Shown one piece after another: positions 23,867 to 34,826 of a stretch of DNA of 34,826 nucleotides; positions within the stretch are counted from its first letter, which is position 1, and each line of letters starts with the position of its first letter. The position numbers and the translations under genes were made by a program. The stretch is taken from contig CAJVPI010000334.1 in the NCBI GenBank assembly GCA_910592345.1, forward strand, positions 1 through 34,826. Reading direction: 5' to 3'. The notes beneath the pieces were generated by a model. That model saw nothing but the letters and a program-made list of their open reading frames with translations. It did no database searches and was not told where the DNA came from. Origin of the DNA: Paraglomus brasilianum (lineage: Eukaryota).

Positions 23867-25144
23867 GATGCCGTATAAGCGGAGTGGTGAACATGAACCC
23901 AAGATTAGTATGGAGATATAAACACGAATAATCAACAATACCGTCCGTTCTATATACCATATTGTTGTTGTGTTATATTTTATGAGTTCCATCAAGAAAT
24001 AAGACAGATAGGCGGCAGCCTTGTGAATATTTGTAGATACATCTTCTTGCGAATAATAGCTTCTATGATCACGATATTTAATATGCATGCCAGAGAATGG
24101 TTTTTTCTTGTGGCAGAGTTCAGTCTTGCCACAGCGAGATTTGAGCAGATTATTACAGAAATCATACATAGTACACCAAATGCGAGGTATATATTTAAAT
24201 ACGCAAAAGAAGAGGTGTTAATATTAAGATAGATAAATGTTTGATTTCCTTAGTCAGTACGTTTTCTGGCAAAGAGGCCTATGGCGATTTCAGTAATAAA
24301 ACGTTCTCTTATTAATATTAATACGCGTTTTATTTTTAAGATGTCGGCTGACGTTGCTTTCAATTGGGCATTAAAAATATGTCTTGTTCGGGTCTAGAGA
24401 GAGTTTGAACGCTTCACGTAACTCGGCAAACTCTCGGAATCTTTATCGTTGATAAACTTTACTACACTTTCTGTTGATAATTGAGTCTTAGATCGATTAA
24501 AACTTGGACTGTTAAAAAGTCTTGCATTGAGAGTATATTTTCTTAGTCTTAATTCCTGAGAAACAACGAGCAAACTTATAATGGACACTGACACTTTACC
24601 AAGATCATTTTTCTATATAAGCTCTTTATTCGGTAAGACATTAAGAACTGCAACTGATTTATGGGAAGTCCAACATTATTAACACTGCTCAGCTGATTGG
24701 ATGTGCATTTTGCAAACATTCCCTCCTCCTATACCAACAGAATTAGAAATTTATCACCAAAGTTTCTCACTGATGTGAATGTGAACCGCCAGATAGTTAT
24801 CCTTAATAGAATTAGTATGCTTTAAAGATATGCCCATTTTTTCCAAATAATTGTACAATGACATCTTTTCCAGTATAAAATTTCTTTTCATAACGTAATA
24901 CCCAGCTTTATTAAAATAATTCAATGAAACCAGTCACATGATTTCAGGAAGCAAAGCTTCGAAACAACAAAGGTGAAAGAGTGTCATCTAGCAATTCTGA
25001 ACCCCGAATCTTTCGGAACTTTAGTCTGCATCGGATGACAACAGTTTTATTTCACTTTTTTTGTTTGTTCGGGAGTGAAATAAGTTGGCCTAGTGAAATC
25101 GCCTTACGGTGATGGGCTTTGAAGTTCTTGCAGTGTGAAAAATA

Positions 25145-27711
25145 TTACCAAAGACGCGATAGCGTTTCTGCTTTGCAAACAACATTTTCCTGGTATTTAG
25201 ATAGAAAAGGATTATAAATATCCGTCAACGATATACACTAAAAATTCTGTTTCTTACCTTAAAGAAATATAACGCTTCCAAAGCTTGTTTCAGAACAGCA
25301 ATATCACTAATTTGAGTAGGAAATCTTAATGATGGTCCCTCAAACCCGAAATACAATCCGTCGTCTAATAAGTCAACACCAATTACTTGTCCATATAAAG
25401 CTAAACACGATAAAATAGAATATGCGCATAAATAATTATGAACACTATACAATGCGTAGTTCATATATTAAAACATTTACCTTCCAATTGCAACCCAATG
25501 GTTACAGAATTTTCAATTACTTCATAAGATAGATCATGTGAAAGATATTGATCGAGAACAGATTTGTTAGCTCTCAAGCATTTACTGCGATCATTAATAA
25601 TCTTGGCAGGAGTGGTTCTACGAGCGCATTCTGAATGACTGAGTTCCACATTTTTTCCTTGATTTTTCCCTCGACATGTAATTTTTAAATCGATTTTTCT
25701 ACAAACTGCTGTTGCTTTCGAAACTGTTTCGCCCCTATAAACATTTACATCAGAATAGTAACTGATAATCATTTCAGAGAAAACAGGACACTTACCATTT
25801 GAGCTCAACGAGATGTTGAACATCGGAGAATATTATATCTAATATTGGACCTGCGACTTTAAGCACAAATTCGATTTCTGTCAAATTCTGTTTATTCCCT
25901 TCCCTGTCTACAAAAACATTGGGATCTGCCAGAAACATTTCTATACTAACAAATTAAATCGATTAAAATCAGTTCGGCGCGCAATGCATAGAAATGCATG
26001 TGATTCCATTGATTTACGTACATGAAAAAATAAATTTTCATGACTTGACGTTGTAAAATTCCGGTTTGATCTGGCCGTCCCTTTAATCTTTCATACACAA
26101 AATCCCTCGCTTCCCAGTATTTATATTCACCACAAAGCTGAATGTTGAAAAGGTTTAATAAGATATCCATAATAAACAACCTATTAATAGATCAGTTACA
26201 TACTTCCTCTATTTTGTCGATATCACCTTTGATTACGTCATCGAACTTCTTCGGCTTGATGTTTATCTTTGCCAGTACCTTTGCTTTAAGTTCTGACCAT
26301 CCCTCGCCAAACCACGAATACATGCCACCTGGAAATTCCGAAGAAAGATCAACAATTGAGGAAAGCCCGAGCCTACATAAGTGATCAAAAATTAACATTG
26401 CGCATCAAAATAATATATACAAGAGAAAGAAATTATATACCAGATGGTGCTCAAAATAGATGCATCTAGTTTTTTCCCTTTTAATTGTAGTTCCTTGGCT
26501 CGTTCAACGGTTTTTGATGTCATAAGGTCAAGAACATCTCTGACCCTTTCACCATTCTTCAACCTCCATCTTTCTCTGTCTTTGTTTGCACTTGATTCTG
26601 TCCATTGATCGAATGAAATTGTGTCGATAACATCTTCCTCTGAATTCTCAGATTCTTCACCGCTATCATCCTCGAACTCGCTTTCAGATTGAAATCCAAG
26701 GAGACGCATCTTAAAATTCTGTAGATATTATTTAAAATTAGTAAGCTGAGATCAGCTCTTTTAATCCACCCAAAAGTAGATATACCTCATTATTTTCTGG
26801 TAAATTTTCTGATTTCCGTTTACGGGTCCTTGGAATAGAATGCACTAGCTGTTCCTTTTCTGTATCTTGTATCCTATCTGGTGAACTGGATCCAGGCGGT
26901 GTTATTGTGGTAGATTCATCTTCTATGTCAAAAGCCAATTTTTTAGAATAGTATCTTCCTGTTTCACCAAGAATATTCAGAGCTCCTCTTTTGTGAATTG
27001 TTTTCACCAACAACTACATAATAAATAGTTAGCAACAATCAACTGATAAGTAACCGTGACACACACAATATATTGACTCTTACTTCGTTTTTAACACAGA
27101 GGATATCTTCCCAATACATCATTAATTTTTTATCAGAACACTCATCGTTAAGCTGTATGAGGAATACAACGTTGTGATAAATTTTTCAAAGAAAAGCAAG
27201 GCAAAGCACAAGTCGCAATGATGGCGCTCAGCCGAACACTGAATACCTTCTAATCAGCCCGATCACTGACTAGAGGCGCAACCATCATCACTCGGGCCAG
27301 CCGACCACTGAATACCCCTAACCAACCGAGCATTGGTTAGAAGCTCCCTTTTGTAGCTTTGACTCAAATCGAGAGATTGCGTAATGTAGACTGCAGACAT
27401 AACCTTTTTTTTCAATGCTTCGTAATTATCGGGAATCAAATCCTTAATAGCACTCAGATATCGAGTCTTCCAGGCTGCTTCAAGGCCAAACCACTCACCA
27501 ACGTCAGGAGGAACTTTTATTATATCATCACGATTCAGAACTAGAAACTCGCGAAATGACCATGTATCACGCTCCTTGAAGTAAGAACGTAGAACTTGAG
27601 ACTCGATCAGAATCTGTTATCCAGGAACGATATTCGTTATTTTATGCAAGTCCTTAGTATTACGAATAACAACTTACCCTCGTAACCTAGATATTGTTTA
27701 CCACTAGACAT
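25145..27711 (-). CDS. Lineage-specific protein with C-terminal PD-(D/E)xK-like restriction-endonuclease fold (Crinkler-REase-like); last exon possibly degenerate
   Basis: About 11 phase-compatible exons from MSSGKQYLGYEVLRSYFKERDTWSFREFL through a basic NLS-like RKRK and acidic linker to LTEIEF...KWGE...RKIDL...ELSHSECAR...DRSKCLR...GLYF. The final exon stops early at 25145, with an out-of-frame RPTYFTP tail downstream. Confidence 0.7.
27202..27361 (-). ncRNA. Candidate structured intronic RNA element with four UGNUCGG-loop hairpins
   Basis: Two 69-nt-period units, each with two hairpins. Compensatory substitutions between copies, G-U pairs only on the pre-mRNA strand, and a 10-bp basal stem. 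Confidence 0.6.
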
Positions 27712-28351
27712 CTTTACTGGATTACGGTGTGAAGTTTTGCAAGTACGCGTAAATTGTTCGCGAGGGTAACACTGTCATGTGATGTTGTTCCATCACCTCT
27801 GACTCTAGTACCCCAAGTATAGTACCCCCTTGCTTAGTACCACATTCTGTATATCTGATATGTATTCAATACAACAAAAGCTATTACGCAATCATGTAGC
27901 TATGCAGACAGTTAAGACTGATTTCTAATCGTTCATGATATATCATTTTCAACTATCAACTACGTCTGCTTCTTCCTCTACAATTAAAAGATTTTTTCAC
28001 AATATATCCCATGCATTCCATTGACGACGTACCATACTGTGAAGTTTTCTTTTTGGTAACTCGTTAAAGCGGACTTAGCTACTCACACAACTACTATTCC
28101 TTAATTTTAAATTCATATAAATTTGGTTCCACTTATAGTATTCAGAAGGAGTAATCTTACTTACAGAAACCAAAAAAAATCTTGAAGCTAAGAAGTGAGA
28201 ATGTTGTTATATATATATATGTACCTGAAATGGGATTTCTCTGTAATCAATTGATAGGAAATTATATTGGTTTACTCATCGTACGGGAAATACCTTAAAT
28301 TGACAAAACTTTCTTTTCATATAAAGCGATGAGGGCAATTCTGGATTTTTT

Positions 28352-28608
28352 GTAAGAACCTCTTTTATATGGTATTGGTATGTAGAAATAAAAACTATAA
28401 TTGTTGGTTGCACAATTGACCGGTATAAAGAATAAATTTATTACACTTTATAATAGTGACCGGAGCCGTTATGTAGGCATTTAATTAGCGATGTCCGGTA
28501 TACAAGAGGAAAAATCATAATTAAAAAACTGTTCTTGGAATTTAGACCACTATAGCCCAAAACCGGTATATTAATATACAGTGACTGGTATAAAAAGATT
28601 TCACCGTA
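28352..28608. mobile_element. Degenerate pogo-like MITE
   Basis: Right end ...TATAAAAAGATTTCACCG|TA, weakly matching left end GTAAGAACCTCTTTTATA. Several internal CCGGTATA-like subterminal motifs. Confidence 0.35.
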
Positions 28609-28754
28609 TGTCTTAAATTATTAAAAAGGCTGTTTGTTGGGAAATGATAACGCTCTATATCGAAAAGAAAACATGTTCAAATTTGATGTAAATTGTTAAA
28701 TATTTTGATTTCAAAAATAAAATAAAATAAAATACACAAACGTTTTGGAAGTCA

Positions 28755-30798
28755 TCATTGATGGGATGCATCCAAAAATAATCCATCAAACTTTTTCCCG
28801 ACAGATTCAATCTCATTCACGAGATTGTCTAAATGGCATTTCTGAACTGAAGGTGAATTGATTACCACTCTGAAAATTGCCGGTAATTCTTTTCCAGCTA
28901 ATTTCAATGGCGCATAATCAAACAGAAACATCCCTTTCTTACAAATCTCGTCATGTACTGCCTTTGTAACATTATCCAAAACATTTCTATACACGTCATA
29001 ATTGTTTTCACAAAGTTCAATGGGCGCGTACCAAAAACACACTTGTAAACAAGCTGGCTCCATTAGCAGTTTGAATTTACTCTTTGCTTTAATTAAAGCA
29101 GAGAGATACTTTGCCATACTAAAAGCGTGTTCAATTCGTTGTTCGTATCCGTTAATTCCGTAGTACTTCCATCCCAGAAATAATTTTACTGCATCTGGTC
29201 GTCTACCACATCCAACAGTGCCGTCACCCAAGTCATAATTGTTGCCATGGAACAAGTATTCTGCTCGGAGACTATTGGATCTGGCAAGCGTACGATAATC
29301 GCGCATGAGCAAAAATGAGCATTGGAGAGGCGTGCCGAGCATCTTATGTGGATTCAACGTGAATGAATCCGCCTGAATTAATGGTACATGATGTTAACAA
29401 TTGTCTCTTAACTGTAATAATCAACGTGAGCATTATTACATGTAATTTGATAATTGCTTCCACTAGTACTGTAATTCTTACTCTCACGGACTATTTCATA
29501 GTTTTATTGTAATTACCATTTCAGACCCATCCAACAATGGTAATCTCTTCTTGGAGAATATAACGCTTCCTCCCCAAGACCCATCGATGTGATACCACAA
29601 ATTATATTTCTTTGCTATTCTGCCAATTGCTCGTAGAGGATCGAATGCTCCCTACATATTGACAACACATTGTCTCTGTGAGTAACTAAACATACTGACA
29701 ATATGCTTACAATTGTATTTATGCTCAACACACAAGAACTGTAGTGCCAGCCGTAGCATTGACAAAGAAAGGAGTGTTGCCAGAATTTATTGATTGGTTA
29801 ATCATTCGTTCTAACCAAGAAATAAATGCAAATTTTGAGATAGCTTTCACGCATTCTTATCTCTTGAGGCAGCGTAATTAACTGACATACCTAAATCGCC
29901 TGGCGACATTCTTCCTTTGTTGTCACAAAGAACTTTAATTACGTTATCGGTACCTATACCGAGTGTCACCGCTGTCTTGTCAACAGAGTAGTGGCCATTT
30001 TCTGAGGTAAATATAACCAGTTTATTTTTAAAAGAGCTGTATCCTTGTGTTTTGATCTCTGGAAACATAGTATTTCGTGCCGTAATCATCGCTAGTTGAT
30101 TAGAGAATGCTCCTCCTGGACAAGTAATGCCACCGCTAGTCTATAGGAGATGACCAAAGTTAATCAAATTGAAACTTGTTTAATGGCTTAAAATAAGTTT
30201 ATCATCTCTACCTCTCCCATTTTTAACATTCTACCAATACGCGCAGAAATAATGCGTTCAATTAAAGTAAATACGGGAGACACACGAAACACGTGTGCAT
30301 TCGCATTGAGAATAGTAATTAGCATTTCCGATATAATTCCCACCGGATTGGTTCCCGCGTAGAGTTTGTCCATGAAGCAAGGGTTCCATGTATTGACGCT
30401 ATATTGCATTATAGATTTGACCAATAAAATAATATCTGTGTATTGCAGAATCAGACAAAGCGGGATAAATCGTCATGATCGGGCAGAAAATGGCGGTCAA
30501 TACGATCGGAAATAATATTGCTACCATTATTGCCAAGCCCTACTTCTTTCAGATCAAAATCTATTATATTCCCTAACTCGTCCGGTGTTTTAAAATCCAC
30601 CACTCGAGCATCTACTCGCTGGCTGTCGTTAACGTCTAATATTAATGTGTAGCAATTAAATTAAATCGGTTAGGTTAATGCAATATTTTAATATTGATGG
30701 CGCGTCTTACATTCGACAATAATCTGCTTCATTTGTGATATTAGGTCGTCAAGATCACGTGCATCAGCGGATAGATCGGAATGTGTTTGACAGTCCAT
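28755..30798 (-). CDS. Group II PLP-dependent amino-acid decarboxylase (glutamate/cysteine-sulfinate/aspartate decarboxylase type)
   Basis: Seven exons. FMDKLYAG, CPGGAFSN, HYSVDK, ATAGTTVLGAFDPL, WYHIDGSWGG, ADSFTLNPHKMLG (PLP lysine), CGRRPDAVKLFLGWK. Substrate cannot be assigned from sequence alone. Confidence 0.92.
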
Positions 30799-31107
30799 TA
30801 TACAATATCAACGAGGCGTAGACAGTTTACTTTATTTCTGTATCGAATTTCAGCGATTGTTTAAGAAACTAAAACTACATACGCAGACGCGAAATCAATC
30901 GCGAGGAGCACCCATATTTATATTACACGTTGACTGCTTGTACAACGAGCGACAATCGGCTGCGGAAGGATTGTCAAAGCAAGCCGAAATTTATCCGATC
31001 CCGCCATAAACCCCATTTTTGGTAAGTAATATAATCAATCATTGCTGATTAGATCGAAAGGGTCAATTGATTACATATACCCAATGATAATGAGCTGTGG
31101 TAGATTG

Positions 31108-34096
31108 TTAGATGAAATAGGATCGACCGCCCCTTCGAGTCCTGACACCATTTCCATTATTTGAATAGTATGTCCTTATTAAAGGAATACGACCGTGCCT
31201 CCGATGCAAATATGGAAATACACTAATCGGTTATATCATAATCAACACTGGGCTTGAAGCGTTAAGAGCATTAATTAGTGCATTGACAAACCTTGTTTCC
31301 ATATCCGGATCACCGCTCGCACCACTTCTTCGAGAGAATATAATGCGCAGAAATAAAACGAAACTAGTCTTTAAAATAATAATGTGAATACATAGGCCGA
31401 GATATTAGAAATAACAAGAGAAATTTCAAGTAGACGCTCACCAAGAGAAAAGTTATTGATGCAATATGCCAACCCCAGTATTGCGCAAGTGCAGGGTAAA
31501 GTGTAAAGTTGAAAAAAATCGCTTGATAAATTAGAATGATTAGTACCGTGGTAAATATAATTATAAAATAAATACTTTTGGACATACTTGCGGTTATCCA
31601 TATATTGCACTTTAATATTTTTGCAAGCGCCCTGAGACAAGCAGTCACAGAAACTGATAGAAGCATTCCATAGGCTACTCCATAACTAGAAGTATTTTCT
31701 GCATGAACAATTAATTGGCATTCGCATTCTAATATTTGGACGTTGCTATTCTCCATCTTTTGCTATACTTACCATACCAATTAGCAACGCTCCATAAAGG
31801 CTTGATGAACTTCATCAAATCAACATAACTATGCTTTGCTTCTCGTACTGCTTCGGTAAGGTCGTGGATCTCAGTATGAGACGCACGTATCAAGGAAATA
31901 TATTCACTTTGGATTGAATTTAATGTCTTTCTATATTCTAATACAAAGTTGTCATAATACGCCTGTCCAAAGAGGAAATAATTTACGGTGGTATTTTAAC
32001 GTTAAGAGACGTTCAATAAAAATTAAAATACTGACCAGAAACTTGTCAATATTAGAGTTTAGTTGTAGTTGACGTTCAAGCGAGAATTTTGTTGCTTTTG
32101 ACATGTCGGCGAGAATCTTAGAGCGAGAACAAACTTAGAGTGAGTCAATGTTATAGGATAAGAGATAATAGATTCAAACAGTACCGAATATGTTTCTTCA
32201 ACGCCTTTATGATGAATTTCGATTTGGGTTGCCATAAATGCCTATTGTTTGGTTAGAAAATGAAAGAGCGTCCAATAGAGTACTGTAAATGGCTTATATT
32301 AAGTATTGGGACATACCATATATTCTCTCATCTTTGATTCATAGCTGTCTGTTAATTGGTTGATATGTTCGTATGCATTTTGTACATGAGATTGAAAATA
32401 CGCGATACCCTGTCGATGAAATATGATAACAATTAACTATTCAGACATTAATTGCTTTTGCGCAAGAAAACAAAGCTGATAACGGACCGAGGAAAGCCTA
32501 TTCATCTGATTTTTAACATCTCCAAAATACTGTTCACTCTTCTGGACACCAATCTCTTGTAGTTTTGAAAACTCTTCATCTACCCTCCGCATGCTGCCCA
32601 TTAGGACATCCACGACCTGAATCAAATATCGTGTTGTCTTGAACGCAATAACCAGAATATTGGATATTTTTAATGACCAACGGAAATACCTTTGTTAATA
32701 ATGTCAATTTTCCTTGTATATTGAGTATACTTTGGTTTGTATTGTCCTCAATAATATTAAAATTTTCCGCTATTTCCGTTTGACTTTTTAATGTATCGGA
32801 CGCTAATTCCATCGAAGAAGCTAATTTTGAATAAAGCCCCATTACGGTATCCGTCATACTAATTGTTGTATTCTTCAAAGGACACGAAAGTATCAGTAGC
32901 GCGCAGCAAACATCACAAACAATCATACAAAACACACTAGCTAAAAGTTGTTTTAGTTACCTCGATATTTGAGAATTTAACGGCTATCTGGTCTTGGAAG
33001 GTTTCCATATTTGCGAGTTTATGCATTTCTTCTTTGCGCCAATTAATAAATTCCTGTTGTTGAGAACGTATCATATTGTACGTTTTCACTTGTGATATGG
33101 TAATATTCTTGTGAAGTTGTGAGAGAAGCTCTTGATGAAAAATAAAGTTTAGATGCAATAAGTTAAGAATTATAATTTACTTGCCATTCGAACAAAGAAC
33201 TCGATGCTAACCTCGCTCCATAGGATACCGAACAGCGAAACACATCATAACTCAAAACACGGACGTTGTGAAGGTTAGTACTCTTTATTTGCCTAAAAAG
33301 AGATTGATTAGTCAACAACACTCACAGACTTGTCGAAAGTATCCTGAATAAGAAGTCCATAATTGCGCATTATCCTGAAGAACGCTAAAAAGTTATACAT
33401 AATATGAATGTCAGCTGGAATTTTAAACAAATGTCTTAGGAATTATGTCCCCTTTACCTAATACAGTCGGTAACTGCACTGTCGTCTTCACACTCTATTG
33501 GATGTTTACGATTGGTAATCGAAATCTCACACAGAGTTAGTCTTATTGCAACTACAATAATAGTATGTATGTTAATAAATTTATTTGGGAAGCAAAGATA
33601 AATTTTAGTATTAGTTGTAGCTACATCGTATTTGATCTTCAACGGGGATGTTTGGTTCTTTGCATCCGTGTCGTAGTGTGTCGGCGGCAGATTTAAAGCA
33701 TGTCTCGGGATTCTGTTCGTACTGTTTCAGTGTACCTATACTCAATTTGACAGTCAAGCCGTTTATTTTATGGATAGCTTATATTTCAACTTTTATTAAT
33801 CAATAAACAGACCAAGTCCGAGCTCAACGACACTTCTTTCCTCGGCCGATAATTCTGACAGGCCTTCTACCCGAGCTTTTCCATAAAAACTTGGCTTGTT
33901 AGCTTAAAATTGAAAATTAATTTTAAATATATACTTTAAAATACTAACATAAATCCAACTCTTCGTCGAATTGGCCGACGAGGTTGTTATTTGCGAATAG
34001 AGAGCCCAGCATAGACCAATGGCATGATGCTAAATACGGACCGATGAGCCAAAGTAAGAGAATCAATAAAATTGTTGGTGTGTTTGAATAAAACAT
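31108..34096 (-). CDS. KAR5: Nuclear membrane fusion protein, Kar5/Tht1/GEX1/Brambleberry family
   Basis: About 17 exons in frame: signal peptide MFYSNTPTILLILLLWLIG, Cys-rich domain TCFKSAADTLRHGC...FAIRLTLCEI...HPIEC...DCI...QLWTSYSGYFRQVFMMCFAVR, long coiled coil and C-terminal TM segments. The last exons are less certain. Confidence 0.85.
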
Positions 34097-34555
34097 TGTA
34101 AGTAAGCGTTAGTAAAAACGGGACGTGGCTATTTAATGATGGCAACTATATATAGCCAATCGTGGTTATGCGGAATAAGGTTATCATTTATTTATTCCGC
34201 TTGCAATAATGCAGCAAACTTTAATATACGTAAGTCAGTTGGGTTTATTGCTACATAATTATGAAGAAATATATGCAAGTTAATTATCGATCTCAACGCG
34301 TTAGAGAATGAACATCTTTGTGTAATTCAGATAACAAGTTGGTTTAGGCAATTTGAGCAAAATGCAAAATACAGGATGTCCAGCAAAAGCATTTGCACAA
34401 ATCACTTTAAACGTAAGTGCAAGTCACATGTAAAGCATTGAAAGATATTTTAAATTTATAACGTTTGACACGAACTATATTAATATGGCTGTCGTTGAGC
34501 ATTTTCCATGAAACCAGAATTGCTTTATCTCGTGTATTATTTATCATCAGGATTA

Positions 34556-34712
34556 TACATAGGCAGACTCGATAAGTCGGTTTTGGCCTAACTCGGACAA
34601 AATTATTTTTCAAAATCTCTCGATAAGTCAGTCGACATATGTAAAGTCGCGATAAGCTGTAAGTCGGCCAACCTTCTTTAACGCTATGTGTAAATTACCT
34701 CGATAAGTCGGT
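34556..34712 (+). mobile_element. Left end of a pogo/Tigger-like element with subterminal repeats
   Basis: AGGCAGACTCGATAAGTCGG start. CTCGATAAGTC repeated at 34568, 34619 and 34699, plus a variant near 34648. Confidence 0.5.
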
Positions 34713-34826
34713 CTCACGTGATATTTGGAGAATATCATTACTGTTTGGTAACAATGCAATATTAATAATTAAATCTCTATTTGCTATTTATTTTACTGAT
34801 TGTTATTTTTAATTATAGTAAGTATC

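Noticed and set aside
24394..24720. Minus-strand coding-looking stretch downstream of the nuclease gene
   Set aside because: Interrupted by stops, with no start or recognisable motif.
27224..27292. C/D snoRNA reading (GUGAUGA...CUGA...CUGA) or iron-responsive element reading (CAGUGN) of the intronic element
   Set aside because: The C-like box is sequestered in a stem, the terminal stem is weak and I recognise no rRNA guide. CAGUGN lacks the IRE 5-bp upper stem. Not fully excluded, but the four-hairpin model explains the covariation better.

Overview
Eukaryotic, AT-rich, intron-dense DNA with short GT-AG introns. Gene content and repeat types suggest an early-diverging fungus (Mucoromycota/Glomeromycotina-like); this is inferred, not proven. 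Ten spliced genes could be assembled by hand: an orphan RG-repeat/AT-hook coiled-coil protein, CIA30/NDUFAF1, a Hos2-type histone deacetylase, a TBC Rab-GAP, CFAP20/BUG22, a DHHC palmitoyltransferase, Rai1/DXO, a PD-(D/E)xK-like nuclease-fold protein, a group II PLP decarboxylase and Kar5/Tht1. Intergenic space holds a decayed Tc1 transposon, pogo-like element ends, a two-copy dispersed repeat and pseudogene relics. The most unusual signal is a ~160-nt closed, multi-branched, covarying RNA structure carrying four CA(R)-UGNUCGG-(Y)UG hairpins inside an oversized intron of the nuclease-fold gene. Also notable are an AT-hook protein whose C-terminus resembles the HMG20 coiled coil without an HMG box, an intact axonemal CFAP20 gene in a probably non-flagellated fungus, and 6-nt and 8-nt microexons. 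Family assignments are from remembered motifs; no database search was run.
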